Made by a program: the position numbers and the translations under genes. The notes under the pieces were generated by a model. The model ran no database searches. It was given only the letters and a program-made list of their open reading frames with translations, and was not told the origin of the DNA. Shown here piece after piece: positions 1-15,122 of a DNA stretch of 64,000 bases (within the stretch, counting starts at the first letter, position 1; each line of letters starts with the position of its first letter). The DNA comes from the human T2T-CHM13v2.0 reference genome, Homo sapiens. The stretch lies in assembly GCF_009914755.1 (NCBI RefSeq), contig NC_060925.1; one strand, written 5' to 3'.

Positions 1-224
1 AAAAATCACTTTATTGGAACCACCTTGCTGGGCCTCTCCCTCCCTGTTCAGAGCAGCTAATGAGGGGTCTGGAGAGTAGCTCTATTAAACAAAACGCAAA
101 GAGTGCGTTGGGTGGTGGTATCTCATGTTAATGGTACAAAGCCTTCTCTCTGTTTGTTTTGCATATAGAATTCATTATATGGCATCAGCTGTCTCTGATT
201 TCTTTTTTCCCCAAGAGGGAGACC

Positions 225-460
225 ATTAGAAGCAGGTGAAGACAGAATTATAACGAGCCCAAATCAGATTGCTGTTGGGATTTTATGCAGAGGAGCTTTT
301 GTTTTCCTCTTCAAGTCTGCTTGAATTCCTCCCAGCTACTTCAGGCTTCTGCCTCTGCTCCACTGGCTCCCTGAAGCAGGCACCAAATGCTGGGGTTGCC
401 TGTTATCAGAGCAAAACAAACACCTTCTGCCTCCAGCCCCGTTGTTCCAGTGAATATGGA
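225..460 (-). pseudogene. Remnant of PTP signature (HCxxGxGR) and possible Q-loop-adjacent region
   Basis: Minus strand reads FHIHWNNGAGGRR, then GVCFAL in a shifted frame (cf. VHCSAGAGRTGxFxAL). RLEEENK and Y-x-FCLHLLL lie downstream (cf. QYxFCYxxLL). The catalytic Cys position reads TGG. Confidence 0.45.
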
Positions 461-595
461 AAGTTTGTGTGGCTGACTGGGTTTCGGGGAGATGCATTTG
501 GCTGCCTCTCCTCACCTATTTCGTTTGTGCTCTATTAATCAAATGACTTGTGTTCCCCCCCCCCCCAAGCGCCCTTAAGATTGCTAATTAGTTAC

Positions 596-720
596 CTTAG
601 GTCAGTTGGAGGCAATTTTCTCCATTTTATAGAAAATAACAGAGCAGCATCCCTCCTCCGAAGAAATAAGAATAACCCAGGCCCCCATCACCGGTGAAGG
701 TCAAATGAGGGGTCTTTTCT
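596..720 (-). pseudogene. Exon remnant, PTP WPD-loop region
   Basis: Acceptor tttgttccacag and donor AAG|gtaact. Reads HLTFTG-(shift)-WGPG and AALLFSIKWRK (cf. HFQFTGWPDHGVP...LLxFIxKVR). Confidence 0.5.
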
Positions 721-844
721 CTGTGGAACAAATACCGGAGGAATAGCCACTCCATGCAAGAGACTAGGTGCTCCAGTGATTACAAAATGAGTTTGCAGCA
801 CACACACAGTTTCTGGTCCTCAAGAATCCCATCCATCTCCTTAC

Positions 845-1047
845 CTCCTCCTTTCCCCTAGAGAGGAACTCAGAGTTCGACTTTTCTCTCTTTCTCCCTT
901 TGCTGTGTTACTATTTCCATGAGCTCTCCTGGAGTTTTCTCTCCTTGATGGTCCTCTGGGTGCCATCTTTATACTCACCCCCAGACAGAGTGATGAATGG
1001 CGTCTTCTCAAGGTGTTCTTTTACAGGTAGAATCGCAGCGATGATAC
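845..1047 (-). pseudogene. Exon remnant, PTP region after KCxxYWP
   Basis: Acceptor ttttttccag and donor GAG|gtaagg. Reads FITLSGGEYKDGTQRTIKERKLQ (cf. VTLxxEExxxxWTIRExxL). Confidence 0.5.
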
Positions 1048-1236
1048 CTGGAAAAAATCTATCAACACTCCATGGTGTCTTGGTTTTGGGATTGGACAAC
1101 GATTTATGCCTTTAATTTAGGGAGCTGGTTTCCCTTGTTTTATCTTTCAGGGGACAAGCCCAGCCCATTTAGGCTGTCAGTGAGCGGCAGTACCATCGAC
1201 AGTCTAAACATTCTCTAGACCTTAATATTATTCTCA

Positions 1237-1653
1237 TGTTAAATTCAGTTTAGCCTAAAGCTGCCTCCTTACCTATTTAAAGTTCAGCCTAAACGTTGCT
1301 CCATACATAGTGAACCCAATTGGATGTGTAAAGAGACCGTAACCTACTCTTGGAACAAGTAGCCGAGTCTCAGCCAATCACAAAAGCTGTACTTCAACCA
1401 ATCACAGGCAGCCAACTGTTCAAACTGTATTCAAATAAGGCAAATACCGAGCTGCAGCCAATCGGGCTGTTTCTGTGCCTCACTTCTGCTTTCTGTACGT
1501 CGCTTTCTCCTTTCTGTCCATAAATCCTCTCCCACCACGTGGCAAAGCCAGGGTCTGAATCTGCTCTGGCTCAGGGGCTGCCTGATATGTGAAACGTTCT
1601 TGGCTCAATTAAACTCTGTTAAATTTAATTTATCCAAAGCTTTTCTTTTAATA
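1237..1653 (+). mobile_element. MER57-family solo LTR (ERV1)
   Basis: Begins TGTTAAATTCAGTTTAGCCTAAAGCTGCCTCC, has multiple CCAAT boxes, ends ...AAACTCTGTTAAATTTAATT...TTTTAATA. Near TSD ctca/ttca. Confidence 0.8.
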
Positions 1654-1875
1654 TTCAGGTGGCCCAAACAGAGCCAAGAAGAAGACAAGAAACTTAGGGA
1701 AGTGGGAATTGGGGGTGAAGAGACTAGGGGATCTCAAATAAGAGAGAAGATGGCAAGGATAGGGAGGAAAAAATAGAAACGAACTCCAGAAAAGAGAGAC
1801 TTGAGTGAGAACCTGAACTAAGAATTCCAAATTAAGTTTTATTTCTTATACCCTAAGTATAGAAAATACATTGTA

Positions 1876-3225
<1,350 letters not shown>

Positions 3226-3308
3226 TCATCACGATTTGTAAATTATATCAATTATAAGTAATATGGTCCTTTTTTAAAAAAAAAAAAAAGGGAGAGGTTT
3301 CTGGCTCT

Positions 3309-3352
3309 GCGTGCATGTGTGTATGCGTGTGCGAGCATGTGCGTGTGTGTGT
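3309..3352. repeat. Mixed (TG/CG)n alternating purine-pyrimidine tract
   Basis: gcgtgcatgtgtgtatgcgtgtgcgagcatgtgcgtgtgtgtgt. Confidence 0.8.
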
Positions 3353-3473
3353 AATTCGAAGTTGGCAACTGGCCTTTCTGTCTGCTGAATGCTGAATGAA
3401 ATTCCCATGAGGCCCTACTCTCTTTTTGAGATTTCCTCTAATTTCTAGGGTGCAGGCTGGTGCAGAGTCTTAC

Positions 3474-3626
3474 ATCTTTCTGATCTCCTTTGCTTCTGCG
3501 ATTCCATCTTCCTCAAGGGCTGCCTCAACCACTGCTTATGATATGGATTCAGCCCCTTCTTTTATTTCCACAACATGGAAGTCACTTACACCAGGCTTTC
3601 CTGAGCTCAGCAAACTTCATTGAGGA
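3474..3626 (-). pseudogene. Exon remnant, PTP motifs IAAQGP / DFWxMxWxQ / IVM..LEE
   Basis: DNA GCT CAG G-A AAG CCT GGT GTA AGT GAC TTC C ATG TTG TGG AAA TAA AAG reads AQG-KPG-VSDF-MLWK*K, then ALEEDGI. Donor gtaaga; pyrimidine tract ends in a mutated acceptor (caa). Confidence 0.65.
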
Positions 3627-4354
3627 TTGCGGGGGTGTGGGGGGAGGGGGCATGAAGAAGTCACATAATGAAGTGCACAGCTTTGTGCCATTCCACTCGT
3701 CCCCCTCTCTGTTTTCCCTTCCCTCTCCCTCGCCCCTCTGGAAACAATGAATTCCTTTCCCTGGGATATTTACAGGATCTTCCCCCATTGGCTCTCAGAT
3801 GTGGGGGTAATTTGGGACTCTCTCAACTTTTAACTATGGCAAGTATTTATCTAAGCATCTTTCCAACCAAAGTCAGGTATCTTCTGAAGAGCAATTCTGG
3901 TGCCAGCTATTATGTTAATAAAGTTTTATATATAGACATATACGTATAGGTATAGAGAGAGTACACATAAGAAAGAAGAGAATTACATACATGAAAATGT
4001 TAACACTCAGTGAGTATCTCTGGGTGGTCAGGATTATAGATGATTGTTATTTTCTTCTTTTTACTTTTCTACGATAAACATATTTTATAAAATGTGCACA
4101 ATGCACATATATTAAATTTTAATAAGAAAAACATTATTAAAATAGTTTGTGAGCCATCCCTGACAAAGGCAAGGGCACAAGGAGCACGGAGGAGAAGGTC
4201 TGAGTCGGCCAGGGAGCGGGAGGGAACACCAGAATAGGGGACTTGGGGAGGAAACAATGAAACAAAGAAATGGGAAAGGAACCAGATCATCACTTGAAGG
4301 TAACATAATTTGGCTCCATTGTGTTCCTGCTTTAGGAGGTTGACTAACAATTAC

Positions 4355-4439
4355 CATGATAATTATAACAATTTCAGGTTCCTCTTCTGCACACTGTACT
4401 TTCATTATCCTCCAAGGCATTGTGCTTGTTCCTAACATC
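4355..4439 (-). pseudogene. Exon remnant, PTP RVxL..DYINANY region
   Basis: Acceptor cttcttcttttgtagtagcag and donor ATG|gtaatt. Reads WRIMKVQCAEEEPE, with ...YNYHG in a second frame. Confidence 0.5.
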
Positions 4440-4665
4440 CTGCTACTACAAAAGAAGAAGTCTAATACGTGCATCCTTAATTTTAGCGAGAGCCCATGCT
4501 TGGCTCCGATACAATACCATTTTCAAGTTGCCTGCATATGTTAAAATGAGAATTTTATTGTCCCATCCCACCACAACCCATTCAATCCCGCAGTAGTTTT
4601 TAGAAAGACCAATCATTTGGGACCAGAAAGAGCAATGCGTCTTCCCAAGGATACGATGCACCCAC

Positions 4666-4790
4666 CTTCCTTCTGTCCGGTACCTCACCACACCCCGTCT
4701 TACTCTGGGGCTTTTCTTTTCCTTGCAACTGAGAACTACAGTTCTCTCAATTTTTATTCAACTTGGGGGTTGTCACCAGTGTTGGCATGA
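4666..4790 (-). pseudogene. Possible exon remnant, PTP KNRY motif
   Basis: AAT AAA AAT TGA (NKN*, CGA>TGA) at 4758-4747; donor AAG|gtgggt. Confidence 0.35.
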
Positions 4791-5055
4791 CTCCAGCATT
4801 GGGATTTAGAAAGGGCAGGGAGCTGTTGAAGGGGAAGGGGCTGGTAATCGGGTTTGGGGATGGTAGAGGACAGGAACAGGCTCAGCAGCATCTCTCCAGC
4901 CCCACAACCCCACAAGAATTAAAGGGCGGTGAGCAGGGTGGCATGCAGTCATGATGGAGGGCAGCTGTTGGAGGGGATCACTGAAGCCCCTAGTGGCTGT
5001 GTACATAGTTATTTTACTTTTGACTCTCTCAAGTCTTCCCGTTTAACACAAACAG

Positions 5056-5371
5056 AGGCAATTATGACAAAGTCAAAAAATAACAGATGCTGGTGAGGAA
5101 ACAGAAAAGAGAATGCTTGTACACTACTGGTGGGAAGGTAAATCAGTACAACCCCTATGGAAAATAGTATGGAGATGTTTCAAAGAACTAAAAATAGAAC
5201 TACCATTTAATCCAGGAATCCCACTACTGGGTATCTGCCCAAAGGGAAAGAAATCATTATATCAAAAAGATACCTGCACTCATATGTTTATTGCAGCATT
5301 AATCACAATAGCAAAAATATGGAATCAACCTAAGTGTCCATCAATGGATGACTGGATAAAGAAAATGTGAT

Positions 5372-5408
<37 letters not shown>

Positions 5409-5790
5409 TGCGTGTGTCATGGAATAGTACTCAGCCACAAAAAAGAATAACATATCTTTTGCAGCAACATAAATCGAACTGGAGGCCATCATCTTAAGTG
5501 AAATAACTCAGAAACAGAGTCAAATACTGCATGTTCTCACTTGTAAGTGGGAGCTAAATGTGTATCCAAATGTGTACATGTGGAAATAGAGTATGGAATA
5601 ATAGACATTGGAGACTCGGAAGGGTGGGAGGGTGGTGGAGGTGAGGGATGAAAAAGGACCTAATGAGTACAGTGTACACTGTTGGGCGAGGGTTACAGTG
5701 AAAGCCCAGACTTCACCACTACACAATATATCTATGTAACAAAGCTGCACTTGTACCCCCAAATCTATTTTCTAAATATTAATTAGAAAA
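5056..5790 (+). mobile_element. L1 (L1PB/L1MA-type) 3' fragment with internal (TG)n at ~5374-5408
   Basis: ORF2 C-terminal remnant ([17 protein letters not shown]...WNQPKCPS) and L1 3'UTR. Confidence 0.9.
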
Positions 5791-5869
5791 CACAATAAAT
5801 CCTTCCCTCTTTAGCATTCTGACTCTTCCCATATCCCTCTTTCCTTATTACATTTCTTATATAATTCCT

Positions 5870-6253
<384 letters not shown>

Positions 6254-6689
6254 TTAACTTTCTTAAAAGGGAGATCCACACTTACTGACTCATTCCTTGC
6301 CTCCGGTTCACTCCTCAAACAAGTCCTGTCTGGATTTGGCACCCACGGCTTTATGCACTGATGAAATTAGTTTCGCTGAAGGCAGGGCTAATGTCCTGTT
6401 TTCTAGCCCTCATCCTGTTTCAACTCCTTGCAGTAGCTGATATCACTTTCACTTCTTCCCTCACACGTTCTTCTTTCGCAGATTTCCCCACTTCTTGATT
6501 AGTGGCTCTGCTGCCAACCTCCAGTTGTCTGAGCTATAATCCTTGGCAATCTCCTCAACTCCTTCTTTGCCAATATTAGACATATCTATAGAATCCATCC
6601 TCTTTTTTTTTTCTATTCCTAGTGCTACTTTCTTAGTTTAACTTGGCACATTCTTCATCTGAATTGTCTACCCTCTGGTCAAACCACTA

Positions 6690-7970
<1,281 letters not shown>

Positions 7971-9404
7971 CCTTATGATTTACTTTTCTTATCAAAACAG
8001 TCTCTGTCTCACTGGGCTATTGGGAAGATTAAATAGATAAATACGGCGTAGTCAGAACAGAACAGTGCTTGGCACATGGTGAGGACCACGTAAGTGTTTA
8101 CTCATTGTGATTAGATACAGCTCTTATAGATAGTGTATTGCTGGACTTAGGAAAACAAGAATGATAATCTTTGCTTATTAGTTTAAGAGTTTGGCCCATT
8201 TACACTTGTTTCAATTATTGATATAATTTTATTCATTTATATAAGAAAAATAAAAAAACCATAATTTTAAAATAATTTTATTTATTCATATGATTTTATT
8301 TTGTACTCCTGTCCTATCTTGTCTCTCCATTCCCCCTGCCCTCATCCTTTCTTGTCTTTTATTGGACTGATTGAATTATTCTTCTCTCATTTCACTTTTT
8401 CCTCCCTCTAAAAGTTTGAAAATTATGCATTTTAGTTCTGTTATTTTGGTGGTTACCCTAGATATTTTAATATCTATATTTAACTTGACAGAGTCCTCTA
8501 GAACAGTAAAAGGACCATAAAACACTGTACTGTTAGTCATATCCCTCCAGGATTATGCTGCTTTTGTCTAGAATTTCGTTTCCAGCTTGAGCTTTTTCTT
8601 AATCCTACAAATTGAGTATCATTGCTATTGTTTGATACAGTCAGTAATTACTTAATTTTCACATGGCTGCCATTTCTTTGTTCACCATCTTTTTTTTGCA
8701 CCTCCGACCTTTTGGTGGGAGGGATCATTTTCCCTATTCCTAAATGCTGTCTTATTAAAGAAGTTCCTTTCATGAGAATCAGTTGGTAACAGATTCTAAC
8801 AGTTTTGGTTTATCAGTATATGTTTTTACTTTGCCTTTGTCCTTGGAAGAGTGGCAGGAGTTTCAGTGCTTCCTGAACATTCACATGCTCTTCCCCTCCC
8901 CTGCAACATCTTCCCTTGCAGCTGGGTGGAGCCCTGTGAGTCACTCTGGCTGATGGACTGGGAGCCGGAGCCACAGGTGTCATTTCTGGACTGAGGCACA
9001 GTGAGCATCTCCAGCATGACCCTTTAGCTCTTCTCCTTCTCTGGTGATTCTGCAGGCCATGTGTTGAGATGGTGGAGCCTCAAGATGTAGGCAGCCTGGA
9101 TTGATGAGTCACTCACTGTATGGTACACAATGTCCTGGAGAGTCACTTGATTAATAGGAGATTTTGGACAAACATAAAATAAATCTTTGTGTAAAAAGTC
9201 GGTGATATCTTGGCTCAGTTGTTATTAGCCTATGCAGTCTCGTAAAACCAGAACTTTCCCTTAGGATATTGAAAATATTGTTGTATTGTTTTCTGGATAC
9301 CATTACTGCTGTTGATTTTATGAAATTGTCATTCTTTTTGTTGATAATCTGCTTTTCTTTCCATCGACTTTTAGTGCTTTTAGTGTCTTTGGTGTGGAGG
9401 GAAG

Positions 9405-9870
9405 GCATGGCAGGAGGCAAATCTCCAAATTTTTCTTGGCCAACCCAGCTCTCTCCCCTCTTGCTTGCAATTCTCAGAGAGAAGGTACTGAGAATGCAAC
9501 ACCCTGAGATAAGCAGGAACCATCTGAAACAGGCTGGGATTTATCCATCCAGGACATCTTCCTAGAACAGGATATCCTGCAAAGCTTGGGCTCAGCAAAC
9601 CATGTTGCCCCTGGGGTATAAAAACCAAAACACAGCCCTTTCAGGGTCTCTCGGCTGGGATGCGAAGTGAGGCACGTGTAGACAAGACTCCATCTGCCCT
9701 GGGCAGCTTTCCTGAACCCGAGGGACTGGTTTGCCATGGATCCTCGGCTTCTGTTTATCTTTGCTGCTCACCTGTGAGTTGTAAATCTGCTTTGCCTGAC
9801 TTGTGTGACAGTTCCATCTCACCAGACTCACTGGGACAGCCGGGCTAGTGCAAAACCTCCTGCTAGACCT
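9405..9870 (+). mobile_element. ERVL-type solo LTR (MER54/MER74 group)
   Basis: gactccatctgccctgggcagctttcctga motif and TATA box ggtataaaaa. Confidence 0.55.
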
Positions 9871-11603
9871 GGAAGCCTGCCATATCTAGGAACCTTAGCA
9901 GAAAATGCAAGGACTTTTGAGTGTTCCTCTAGGATTAGCAACAGGTACACAGTGTTCCCCTCACAGGGATTGATACTGATGTATGTTATTCTGCTTCACA
10001 GGCACTGTTTAGAGTTTTGCAGACTGAGTGTTCATTTCTTATTGTTTATTGTTCTTGAGATTCCTTGGTGTTGCTGAATCTAAGGATTGGTGTCTTTCAT
10101 CAATTCTAGAAATTTGTTGGTCATTATTTCTACAAAGTGTGGCTTTTCTCTGCTGTTTCTATTATGTTCTTCTGATGTTCTAAAAACATATATTTTGGGT
10201 CTTCTTTCTTGGTGATTTATTTCCGTTGATACCTCTTTTTCATGTTCTCTGTTTGTCTCATTTTGTGTGCTATTTCTTAATATTTACTTTCCAGTTCACC
10301 AATTTTCTCTTTGAATCTGATACGTTATTTAAGTCATTCATTGAGTTTCTAATATCAATTATATTTTCCCTTTTTAGAAGTTTTGCTTGGTACTTTTAGG
10401 ATCTACCTAGTGATTTTATAGTCTTTTGTTCTTCACTTAGATATTTTTCTGAAATTCCCTGGTATTTCTTTAAATGTAATAATAGATTTTTTTTTTTCTG
10501 TATCTGATGATTGCCATACCTGTTGTTTTTGCAGTACTTATTTTGTGGTTTGTAGCTTCTGCTGACTTTCTCATGGTGACTTACTTCCTCATATATTTAG
10601 TGACTTTTGACTGGGAGCTCAAGTCCCTTGTACTTCTTAGAGTTGTGTTTTGCAGAGAGAATTGGGAATTGACACTTTCCTTTGCCAAGATCTGGGGAAG
10701 CGCCAACTTGGGATTACTTTATGTAGATATTTGTCTTGGAAGTTTTGAGGCCATTCATAGAGTGGGAATTCAGACTCCAGATCTGAATGAGTGTGGGTGA
10801 GTGGCTAGGAATTTTCAGAAGGTATGTGATTGATTGATTGATTGAGGGATTGCTATTTCAGAACCAAGGCAAAAACAGGCAGTTATTCCCTCTGCCTCCC
10901 TCTGCAGGATGGGCTGTGCCCTAGTTCACCCATGGGGATGTGTTACCTTACAGGAATGATGACTTTCTCGAAGGGTTTCTGACGTGATCTCCCACCCTGA
11001 CCAGACACCTGGCTACTTCTAAACCCGTATCACCCCATCATCTTCTGAACCTGATCTCAGCCCCCAGGGATCAGCATGGAGTCTCAGAAAAAAACCTCAT
11101 TTCTGATGCTCTCAGGATTGTGCTTGTTGCTATCATCTTAGTCAGGCGTTCAAAAGAATGTTTGAGATGTCTCCCCCAGCAGCTTTAGGTGTTTGTACTG
11201 AAAGGCACTATCAGAAATGAAAATTTTCAAATACAGCCTATGTGGCAGGCTCTGTTCTAGGCATTGGAAATCCAGTAAACAAAAGAGACCACAATCTCTG
11301 CTCTCATGGAGTCTTAATGGGGGAAGACAAGACATTAAAAATATAAACGACTAAATATATAGTAATAGACAATGATTAGTGTTCAAGAGAAAAATAAGGC
11401 AGGTGAGTGAGTAGAAGAATGCCAGGGGCCAGGAATGGGGATTGATTTTAAAGAAGTTGATGACCGGAGGCCTTGCTGAGCAAACACCTGAGAAGGTGGG
11501 GGCCAGGTGTGTTTATGGCAGCGAAGGCTGCCCCAGGCAGAGGGAACATAATAATCCCCTTGTCTCCAAGAGGAAGTTAAAACTGCGTAGCTTGTCATTT
11601 ACA

Positions 11604-11655
11604 ACATGTACCCTAAAACTTAAAGTATAATAAAAAAAAACAAGCAAACAAAAAA
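11604..11655 (+). mobile_element. Extremely 5'-truncated L1PA
   Basis: ACATGTACCCTAAAACTTAAAGTATAAT plus A tail; degenerate TSD aaaa(c/a)tgc(g/a)tagc. Confidence 0.8.
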
Positions 11656-11669
11656 ATGCATAGCGTGTG

Positions 11670-11815
11670 CCTCCACTTGAAGACAGAGGAAGGCTTTTCT
11701 AAGGGAAGATGTTCTAGATGCTGTGGAAATACCGAGCAGCCATATTCTAAGCACTGTGGCTGCCTCTGCTTCGGGAACTTTCCATGGGGCACCAGGCTCC
11801 CTGCACAGTGCATTC
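11670..11815 (-). pseudogene. Possible juxtamembrane exon remnant
   Basis: Reads SVFPQHLEHLPLEKPSSVFK (cf. RPTP wedge FxxHxxxLxxxxxxxF); lies between the FN3 and PTP blocks. Confidence 0.25.
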
Positions 11816-12061
11816 TCTCTGTGCCAGTCACCAAATGCCAATGAATGCTTAACGGCCCGGTGTCACCCCTCCTCTTTCTGCCCTGTTATTTTTCTCCTCC
11901 TCACAGGTATATTTTCTTTCCTCACACAGTTTTTATCCACTGTGTTATTCAGAGCCTTGTGGTGTTTAAATGAACAAACTCGTCATGAATATGACATAAA
12001 GGAAGCTTTGGACCCTCATGGTGGCTGATGACACATATGCAGAGTTTCCCAAGGTGCTTAA

Positions 12062-12368
12062 TTTTTTTTGTTGTTGTTGTTTTTTTGAGACAGAGTCTTG
12101 CTCTGTCACCCAGGCGGGAGTGCAAGGGCGTAATCTCGGTTCACTGCAACCTCTGCCTCACGGGCTCAAGCAATTCTCCTGCTTCAGCCTGCTGAGTAGC
12201 TGAGATTACAGGCGTCCACCACCATGCCCAGCTCATTTTTGTATTTTTAGTAGAGATGGGGTTTCATCATGTTGGTCAAGCTGGTCTCGAACCCCTGACC
12301 TCAGGCGATCTGCCCTCCTGGGCCTCTGAAAGTGCTGGGATTACAGGTTTGAGCCACTTTGCCTGGTC
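12062..12368 (-). mobile_element. AluS
   Basis: Reverse Alu with perfect TSD ccaaggtgcttaattt. Confidence 0.95.
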
Positions 12369-12794
12369 CCAAGGTGCTTAATTTAAAACATACAACCTTG
12401 CTGACTTGCATTGAACATGCCAGTTTCCCTGAAAAGTTTTATCAGAGTAAGCTAAATTATTTGGTCATCCTCTCATTTCACCCCCAGTACCCCTCAGGAA
12501 TTCTATGTGGAGATGGAGAAAAGGGTTTCTGTTACAGGTCCCAGGGTTCAGGAGCAGCAGAATGACCAAGGCAAATCTGTTGGGGAACATCTTTGGCCTC
12601 CTACAGGGATGGGACCAGGACGTGTGGGCTTGGGTAGGGTCACTGCTCTGTTTCTTTCTGGCAGCCCCATGGCAGGAGTATCCTTCGAGAGCATCCCTTT
12701 GCCCTGTTGAATGCTGCTTTGACAGTGCAAACCAGCATCAAATCTGTTGCAGGAATGCTTTAGAAAAGGTATAGGAAAGACTTTTTTCACCCAC

Positions 12795-13150
12795 CTTTCT
12801 AGTCTTCTTGAACAAAAAGGAAGGTTCAACGAGGCATGACCTTCCATTTCTTAGAGTGGCAGTGGTGGTGTTCTGATGTTGAATGGTAAAGTGCAGCGCC
12901 TCTCCAAGTTCTCCATATAAGTTGTCCTAACCAAACATCTCCGTTCCAGTCTGGCACCTGGGGGTTCAGCACACGGTGACCTACCATGTGGCCAACATGC
13001 ATTTGTAGAAATTTGTGTCACGTGAAAATTTATGGGAGTTTTTCATTCTACTCAATGAGAGATTGCTGTATGTTTTGCACAGTGTTAGTCCTAAAACACA
13101 TCAAGTAGAATTGTTGATCCAGAAGTTACAGCACATGTGGCCCATGGCCC
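12795..13150 (-). pseudogene. FN3 exon remnants
   Basis: NST*CVLGLTLCKTYS; KTPINFHVTQISTNA..ATW; VPDWNG; HQNTTTATLRNGRSC. Donor AAG|gtgggt. Confidence 0.6.
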
Positions 13151-13407
13151 TGCATGGGCTGGGTTCACCACCAGGTGCCTCCTGGGAGTGGGTGTCCCAT
13201 CTGAGAAGCGCAGGTGGTGGAAAGAACCCAGGCCTGGGAGTCAGGAGGTCTGCATTCTAGCCCTGGCTCTGTCACACTTGCCGGAGGACCTCAGACTGCG
13301 ATTTCTGGGCTTTAGTTTGCCCATCTGTAAAATGGGAGCATCGGGCAAGGTGATCTCCTTGATTCTTCCCAGCTTGATCATCCTGGAATGCACCACTCTA
13401 GGTACAC

Positions 13408-13528
13408 CCCTTGGTTGCATTCTATTAATTTGGAAAGGATTTTCCATCAGAATCAAACACTTTCTGCTTGTTTTTAGCCCAGTAGTGGCATTTTTAGTGA
13501 AGTCAGTGGAAAATAGCTTCAGTTACTT
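13408..13528 (-). pseudogene. FN3 exon remnant
   Basis: Acceptor cttttccctattaccatttag; reads K*LKLFSTDFTKNATTGLKTSRKCLILM. Confidence 0.55.
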
Positions 13529-14458
13529 CTAAATGGTAATAGGGAAAAGTAATATTCTTTTCCTATTTTAAAAGTCTCAGATTCTGAAACCCCACCATAA
13601 GTCTGAGTAACACAACTGCAGGCCTACTAGCATGCTTGGGATCTAAGGTAATGAGGCCACAACCTAGGTCCTAATTCCCTTCTTCCAAAGAGTATCCAGT
13701 AAATTCCTCATGCTTCACTAGCCTCTTGCCCCATGGGAAATGGGGAGTGAGATTCAACTATTTGTTTTTGGAGGCACAAAGTGGAAAAGACTTACCAAGG
13801 TTTGAATCAAGCTTGTCTTAGAGCCACAGGTAGAAGCAAGAGGGTCTCTTGACTTTGTCTGAAACTCTTTGACTTGGCACAGGAATGAAAGTCGTATCAT
13901 TGAAGAACTCTTGATATGATGAGGTCATGTATGTGGAAGCTCTTGCACATGGTTAGGTACTGTATAAACATAAAGTACAAATATCAGTAGACTTTCATGT
14001 GCACAATGAGGAGTCTGCATTGCTGTTTTGATAAACAATAAATACTTCCCTCCTTCTCCCATAATCTATTCATGTTCGTTCTATTTGCATTGGTGTGCGA
14101 ATTAGTCTCTTCCCCTTCAAACAAGTCAGTTTAGCTAGAAGCATTAAACATAATTAAGTAGACAGGCATAAGCGTCTTGCTGGCAGAAGAACAAAAAAAA
14201 TCAAGGCAATTTGTTGGAAATACTGCCCCTAGAGGACACAGGGCCACTTATGGCTGCAGTGGAATGGTGGTATGGTACAGCTTCTAGGGACCTTGGGGAT
14301 CGTTTAGCTCTTGAGCACCTGGTGAAATGTAGCTTCCTTGGCCTGAGGTGTTGGTCTGTCTAAGATATTTCATTAAAAAAAAAACATTTTGCATCTTCGA
14401 TAGACGATGTGAACAAATGGAATGAACTGGCCTTCCCACTTAGCCCCTGCCAGCTTAC

Positions 14459-14608
14459 TGTAAATGACTGCTGCCAGGTGTCACCTTAGCAGGACTGAAC
14501 CATTGATCACGGCAAATGGAGCTGTAGGTAATTAAGTACATAATTTTAAGCCATTCAAGTGAAATTCCATAAGAAGTACATCATGAAACTGGGAATTATG
14601 TAGAATTA
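14459..14608 (-). pseudogene. FN3 exon remnant
   Basis: Acceptor tttccttttgccag, donor gtaagc, 150 nt. Reads MEFHLNGLKLCT-(+1)NY...FAVING. Confidence 0.65.
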
Positions 14609-14689
14609 CTGGCAAAAGGAAACCGAGTGTGAATACAGTCTTTCCCTAACACCTGATTCACGTCCAACATCACCACACAGAGTAAGTTT

Positions 14690-15122
14690 CTTTCTTTCTT
14701 TTTTATTTTTTGAGACAGGTCTTGCTCTGTCACCCAGGCTGAAGTGCAGTGGCACAATCATAGTTCACCACAGCATTAAGCTCTTGGGCTCTAGTGATAC
14801 TCCCAGCTCAGCTTCTGGTGTAGGTGGGACTACAGGTGCATGCCAGCATGCCTGGCTACATTTTAAAATTTTTTTTGTAGAGGTAGAGTCTTGCTTTACT
14901 GCCCAGGCTGGTCTCAAACTCTTGCCTTCAAGCGACCTTCCCAAAGTGCTGGGATTACAGGTACCCATCATCATGACCAGCTAATTTTAAACAATATTTT
15001 TTGTAGAGATGGGGGTCTCACTATATTGCCCAGGCTGCTCTCAAACTCCTGGCCTCAAGTGATCCTCCTGCTTTGGCCTCCCAAAGTGCTGGGATCACAG
15101 CAGGGAGCCACTGCACCTGGCT
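14690..15122 (-). mobile_element. AluJ with an extra left arm (three-arm chimera)
   Basis: Right arm, linker, left arm, then a second linker and left arm joined at gggattacagg. Confidence 0.8.

Noticed and set aside
3474-3626. Alternative reading as a kinase N-lobe (VVEIKEGA..AEAKEIRK)
   Set aside because: No kinase motifs in neighbouring blocks, whereas PTP motifs are collinear.
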